64,000 nt of DNA from Cyanophora paradoxa CCMP329 (Eukaryota; Plantae; Glaucophyta), in the NCBI GenBank assembly GCA_004431415.1, contig QPMI01000535.1, forward strand, positions 492,026-556,025, given 5' to 3'. Each line of letters begins with the position of its first letter. Position 1 is the stretch's first letter. The translations under genes and the position numbers were made by a program. The notes beneath the pieces are model-generated. The model saw only the letters and a list, made by a program, of their open reading frames with translations, ran no database searches and had not been told where the DNA came from. Below, piece after piece: positions 58,258-64,000 of the stretch.

Positions 58258-61200
58258 AGAGCCTTCTCATCGCTCCGGCGATCGCTAGGCCCTGGTACCG
58301 AGTACTCCGGGGCGATCGCCAGCGCGAACCGTCGGACGACGGACGCGGCGCCGGCGATCGCTTGAAAAAGGCCCCGGCCAGATCCGAGCCCACGGCCGGC
58401 GGGCATAGTGAACATAGTGCCAAAATTTCGCTCCGAAAACACGCTTTTTAGAAGGATCGGAAGAAAGCGCGCCCAGGCAGGTCCGAGGGGCGGTTCCGGG
58501 ACGTACCTACTGACTCAGAGCTGCTTGCGCTGGGCCCGCCGGGCGACGCCATGGTTGAGAGATCGAATCCCTGCGCGCCGCCTTACAGCGGCCGAGGAAG
58601 GGGCGACGGCTGCAGAATTCGATGATGTGAACCTCGGACAAGCGAAAGCGTGTAGCTAGCGCGCCGCCGGCGCCGCGGGTGAGCCGATGAAGCGAGCGAT
58701 GTGTACTCCTCGCGTGCGCGGGCGCGGCGAAGTCGCCTGCGGGGCGGGCGTGGCGCCGCGGGGCTGAGCACGGCGCGCGCGCTGCGAAGCGCTATGCGCG
58801 AGCTTTGCGCGAGCTTTGCGTCGACGTCGCGCGCCTCACTTTCGAAGGTCGGGGTACCCCCCCGACTCATTCCCCCCTAAACTTGGGGGCTCGGTGGCTT
58901 AAAAGCGAAGGCTCTGGGGTACATCGACGAAATTTGACTTGCTCCACAAAATTGCAAGGCGCTCAAGAACTCTACGCTCACTGGAAGTTCAACTGCGGCC
59001 CTACAAACTGCTTGCACCGCTCCACTAGCTCATCTAGTCTACCTGGGTCAGCAAACCGATCCTCCTCGGCCACTAGCGGCTTGCGGAACCATTCTTTCGC
59101 AACCGCAACAAATGGTGCGCAGTCCATTGGGCTGCGCTGGTGGTGCCCGGCGCATACCACCCGACCCCATCGAGGCGAGAAAAGAATCTCGAGCACGCGG
59201 TCAGCTCGGCATCTTGCCTTGAAGATGGAGCCAGCGGTCGTGTGGAAGGTCATATCATGCACAGGCTCCGAGAGCTGAAGGAGGGCCTGCACTAATGCAG
59301 CGGCGTGACTCTTGATGGTGACTCTGCTCGTGATATATATGAGCTCGAGGCAATCAGCAAGAGTGGTTACTGATATCCATGGACAGAAAAAAGGAAACCA
59401 CAAGTAGAAAAAGGAAGAGGCGCACGGCCAGTGGTCCCACTCGAGATTGGTGAAGCCCCGGAGGATAACCATTGTTGCCTCCGGTGTTGTTCCCGGTACA
59501 TCAAGCCGGTGCACTTGACTGGAGACGCTGCAGCGCGCGGCACCTTGCGTGGCCGTGCACTCCAGTGCACCGTCGTTTGGCGGTAGGCGAGCCAGCTTCT
59601 CGACGTACGCACGTGCTGCGGGGCTCGCTGCCCTCGCGTCCCGTATCGCGGTTGCGACCACGGCGATGCTCCCCCGTACCGATCTGGAGCCTCCTTCCTC
59701 CCGTGACATTGCAGGGAACCAGTGCAGTTTCGCCTTCAGGGTATTGCTCAGCGCGTTGAAGTATCGGTTCTCGGTGTTCGCCACGCTGCGACGCGCCCAA
59801 GTCAGAGCACGTTCAGCGGGAGAAGGGAAATAAGAAGGAAAAGAAACAAAGGAAAAGAAAGAAAGAGAAGGGGGTACGCGGACCGTCTGTACAAGCAGGA
59901 CAGGATGGGTGTCGGAATAGGCCGCTCAGGTGTGCCTAGCCATAGAGGCTTGTTTCGCCTCGTGTATGGCGGAGGCACATACGCCTCAACATCGATGTCC
60001 ACATCGACCAATTGTCCCGCGCCGTTTGGCTGAGTTTCTCGTGAGCTTGAGCATTTGCGATAACCGTTGCTCGTACCTGTTGGACTTTCCGTGTAGTTCT
60101 CCTGTATGCCGTCGCGCGAGTTCGTCCACCTCGGGGTACTCCTCTCCAGAGTCGTTGCCCCCATTCAGCATCCGGTGTGTTAGAACATCTGACTTGGAGC
60201 CCATCTGTTCCAGCACTGCAGCCACTTGCTTCAGAGCCTGAAAGCTGTTCTCCGCTGCGCGACCTGTACCGTATTTCTCCTGCACCGGAATTAGAGTTCA
60301 GTAACCCCTTCTGTGGCGTCGTCTTCGTACCCCTCGCACGCACCGCCAGCTCTGGCTTCATGCGCAGCCGGGTGAAGAGCTCGTTCGCCGGCGCTTCGTG
60401 GTGGAGAACGGCAGGGTTTCCCATTGCCTCGTGGCACGCCTGTGGAGAACGGCAGGGTACGCGCATCAGCTCCACGTGTGGGGGGGGGGGTACGCGTAGC
60501 GAAGGGGAGGGGGGGTTGGAGGGGGGGGTAGTCGAACCTCCATTGGACTTGGCGCCTGTTCGGGAGCCGGGCCTGGGTCTTGACCTGCTTGCCGCGCGGC
60601 CTCCCACGCTGCTCGCCCGCCTTGCGTTGCCGTGCTCCTCGTCGTCGAATGCCTTGGCTAGATCTACAAGGCCTTTGAATATGAGCTGGTTGGCAATTGT
60701 CGCCCACCGCCGAAAACGCGATTTGCGGACAAGGTCTGAGAAGATAATGCCGACTGATATGCTGCTTGCCGGCCCTGCAAGAAGGCGAAGAAGCTCCTTG
60801 CCGCTCTTCCGAACACCTGCAGGACCTGCACATCGCTTGCAATCTTGCCGCCACGACCGACATCCCTGTTGCCTCCGTACGCGTTGCACTTCCGAAGAAG
60901 CTTCTTCACCTCCGGGTACGACACGAGATCGTCCTGCGCCTTGCGCTTCCGCCCTTTCCCACGTGGCAACTCTTCCACCAACGCGGCCTCTGCAGCTGCT
61001 GCTGCAAGCTCCACACATGCATGAAGCCTGCGTCGCCATTGGTAAGAAAAAAAACTTTACCCCCCCTCCCCCCCCCCCCCCCCCCCGGATGCATACCACA
61101 GCTGGAGTGATTCGCCTTCCCGTGTCTGCTGCTGTGCTGCGTGCACTGATTGAGCGAGACTGCGGAACTGGCCCTTCATTTTTCCTTCGTGCCAAGGTAC

Positions 61201-63281
61201 ATTGCTTGCTGGCTGAGCCCGAGAGTCGCTTGCATACGCAGAAGGTTGATTTCAGACTGTCCGTTTGTGACCTAATATAAAATTAAGAACATGTTACGAA
61301 AAGACAGAGCATGAAAGCATCGTGCACCTCCATGAAAGCATTTGCAAGACCTTGTGCCCGTGCAGGCTCACGGTCCAACTCAGCGTCTCCTGGCCGCAGG
61401 GCCAGAAGCTGTGTGAGCACAGCAGCAGCTGAGCGGATCTCGCCATCATCAGGGCTGCATCACATTTCGGTTTTCAAAATAGAATGCAGTGATTTGAAGG
61501 GGACGTACTGTAGAAATCGAGTGATGAATTGCTCGATCGCCCGTAGAAGAACACCTCTATCCAGAGCGATAGGAACATCTTCGATTCAACAGCGTATGAT
61601 CGTTTGTCATCGCTAGTACTTGTGTCATCCTTGCCCTCCTGAAAGTCCAGAGACAAGATGACCTGACCGGGCAGCAAGTAAGCAGAAGAAGCACGAGGCA
61701 AGCTGGCATGGACACGTGCCAGATCTATCTCTCGCAGTCGTCTCTCACGGATGTAGATCTTGTTGGTATAGAAGCTCGTCACCCGGGCCTTTAGCCAGTC
61801 GTAGTGCCTGGCTCGAAGGTCCGTATCCACTGCAAACTCACCGTGCGCCCCTGGCACGCCAAGGCCCAGAAATGCACACTGTGCCTGCAGTGAGTGCCGT
61901 GCTTCAACTGGCCAAGAAAGATAGATGCTTACGTCCATATCAATGAGCTCATCGAGTTGAGAAGAGCTTGAGGTATCTTCCTTGTCGCCAGCAGCTATAT
62001 CAGCATCTGGATGAGGGTCGGGACCGGTGCGCTGAAGGCTTGGCGATTCGAGTGCGACCTAAATGCAGTATCTCATGGCGAATCTCAAGCTAAAGAAGAT
62101 CGAGGACGCACAGTGCTCATGAAGTGCTTCAGAGCATGGAATCCTCCAGTGTCCGTGTCCGGTTCTTTGCTGGTTCACCTCGAAACTGCAACCGACAAGC
62201 GTTCGCCTGAGCTTGCCGAGCCGCTTCTGTCACCTGGAGAAGTTGGTCTTAGATTCCATTCGATCAATTCTTTGAGCTGCAGAGCACCTCATCAAGCCAA
62301 TCAACACAACTCTGAAATTTGGGGCCTCGAAACGCTCCCTTTGTGCCACAAACAGGTTGCGCAGTGCACGCAAGCATCTGGCAGGGGGCAGGTCGACGAT
62401 GATGTCCTCCACATAATGCACTTGGGGGTCCAGATCTGCAAACATGATAAGACAAAGAGGCGGCGTGCAGATTTCACAGAGAAACGCACAGATCTCGAAG
62501 GGTGCATGTGCTTGTCGCCTTCTGCCAGCGCCACCAGCGTCGCCGCCCGCTGCGCCGTCCAGGGCGCCACCCGCCGCGCCGCCTCCGTGCGCCTCCCGCG
62601 CCGCCTCCCGCGCCGCCTCCCGCGCCGCGCACCGGGCCGGGGGGAGGGGAGGGACAGGGCCGGGGGGGGGCGGGCCCGGGGGGCGGGCCGGGGGAGGAGG
62701 GCCGGGGGAGGGCGGGCGGGAGGGGGGGCGGGGGAGGGCGGGCCCGGGGGGGGGGGCGGGCCCGGGGGAGGGGCGGGCCCGGGGGAGGGCGGGGCCGGGA
62801 GGGGGGGCGGGGGAGGGCGGCGGGGGGGCGGGCCGGGGGAGGGGCGGGGCGGGAGGGGCGGGGCGGGGGGGACGGCCGGGGGAGGGGCGGCCGGGGGGGG
62901 ACGGCCGGGGGAGGGCGGGGGGGGAGGGCGGGCCCGGGGAGGGGGGGGCGGGACAAGCTCAAGGCCGGAGCCGCCCCCGAGGCCGCCCACGAGGCCACCA
63001 CCGCCGCGCGGCCCGCCAGAAGGGGTTGGGAGATGAGCTGGAGGTCCACTCATCTCTTCTCCCAAAGAGTGTGCTCCTGGGTCGACATGCTGCGCAGTCG
63101 GGCATAAGACACCGAAAAGCAGCGATCGCTTGGCCAATGAGAAGGCGGTGACGTCAAGCCCGCGGCGACCGTTAGAACTGAGAACCCAGAAGCGATCGCC
63201 GGCCCAGCAGCTCTTTGTTAGAGGTCGGACTCGCTGGTATGGCGCCGAACACAAGCGATCGCCGAGCAATGAGAAGGCTCT
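58258..63281. mobile_element. Inverted-repeat-bounded element, copy 3
   Basis: Same termini and interior as copy 1. Confidence 0.7.
58978..63105 (-). CDS. Spliced orphan gene, copy 3
   Basis: Same exons. The 268-aa 3' ORF is identical to that of copy 1. Confidence 0.55.
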
Positions 63282-63582
63282 ATGCGCGGGGCAGATCTAG
63301 CGATCCAATTGAATAGAGAATCTCTATGCGAGCAAGCTCGCAGCGCTACGGGAGGCGGGCACGCACTGCAGGCGTTGGCGTTGGCTGGTGCGACGAACTT
63401 GAAGCAGCTCCTGCGCAAGCGATCGCCGGTCTATGCGCGGGGCAGATCTAGCGATCCAATTGAATAGAGAATCTCTATGCGAGCAAGCTCGCAGCGCTAC
63501 GGGAGGCGGGCACGCACTGCAGGCGTTGGCGTTGGCTGGTGCGACGAACTTGAAGCAGCTCCTGCGCAAGCGATCGCCGGTC
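63281..63582. repeat. Direct duplication of the 151-bp inter-element spacer
   Basis: TATGCGCGG...GATCGCCGGTC occurs at 63281-63431 and again at 63432-63582. Confidence 0.9.
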
Positions 63583-64000
63583 AGAGAGCCTTCTCATCGC
63601 TCCGGCGATCGCTAGGCCCTGGTACCGAGTACTCCGGGGCGATCGCCAGCGCGAACCGTCGGACGACGGACGCGGCGCCGCGATCGCTTGAAAAGGCCCC
63701 GGCCAGATCCGAGCCCACGGCCGGGGCATAGTGAACATAGTGCCAAAATTCGCTCCGAAAACACGCTTTTTAGAAGGATCGGAAGAAAGCGCGCCAGGCA
63801 GGTCCGAGGGGCGGTTCCGGGACGTACCTACTGACTCAGAGCTGCTTGCGCTGGGCCCGCCGGGGCGACGCCATGGTTGAGAGATCGAATCCCTGCGCGC
63901 CGCCTTACGCGGGCGAGGAAGGGGCGACGCTGCAGAATTCGATGATGTGAACCTCGGACAAGCGAAAGCGTGTAGCTAGCGCGCCGCCGGCGCCGCGGGT

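Larger units (their letters stand above)
47869..64000. repeat. Head-to-tail tandem array of a ~5.2-kb unit (starts at 47869, 53047, 58258, 63585)
   Basis: Near-identical sequence restarts at AGAGCCTTCTCATCGC at each position. Copies differ mainly by 1-bp indels. Confidence 0.97.

Noticed and set aside
47869-64000. rDNA, 5S or histone tandem array
   Set aside because: No rRNA conserved motifs or histone sequences were seen. The unit carries a spliced unknown gene.

Overview
This is eukaryotic nuclear DNA, very GC-rich and dense with short introns (GT or GC donors, CTGAC/CTCAC-like branch sites, YAG acceptors, CCCCG tracts). Most long six-frame ORFs are artefacts, so genes were rebuilt exon by exon by eye. 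The style and a cyanobacterial-type kinase suggest an alga, possibly a glaucophyte such as Cyanophora; this is inference only. Bases 1-45.4 kb hold nine spliced genes: (1) a receptor-like TM protein with a cyanobacterial-style 4-Cys + Ser/Thr kinase module; (2) an N-acylated DUF4062-like/NTPase/TPR (NPHP3-like) protein; (3) Der/EngA GTPase; (4) a TPX2-motif protein; (5) a large type-I membrane protein with four zeta/CDCA-like carbonic anhydrase repeats, a His-rich N-terminus and RRLL-type motifs; (6) a SARM1-like TIR + coiled-coil + CaaX protein; (7) mTERF; (8) a makorin-like E3 ligase; (9) an unknown TPR-like protein. This part also has MITEs and an inverted exon copy. From 47,869 to the window end is a head-to-tail array (3 full copies + 1 partial) of a ~5.2-kb unit. 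Each unit has ~28-bp inverted repeats, GCGATCGC subterminal motifs, a hairpin-rich ~151-bp spacer and a spliced orphan gene, and is a candidate undescribed mobile element.
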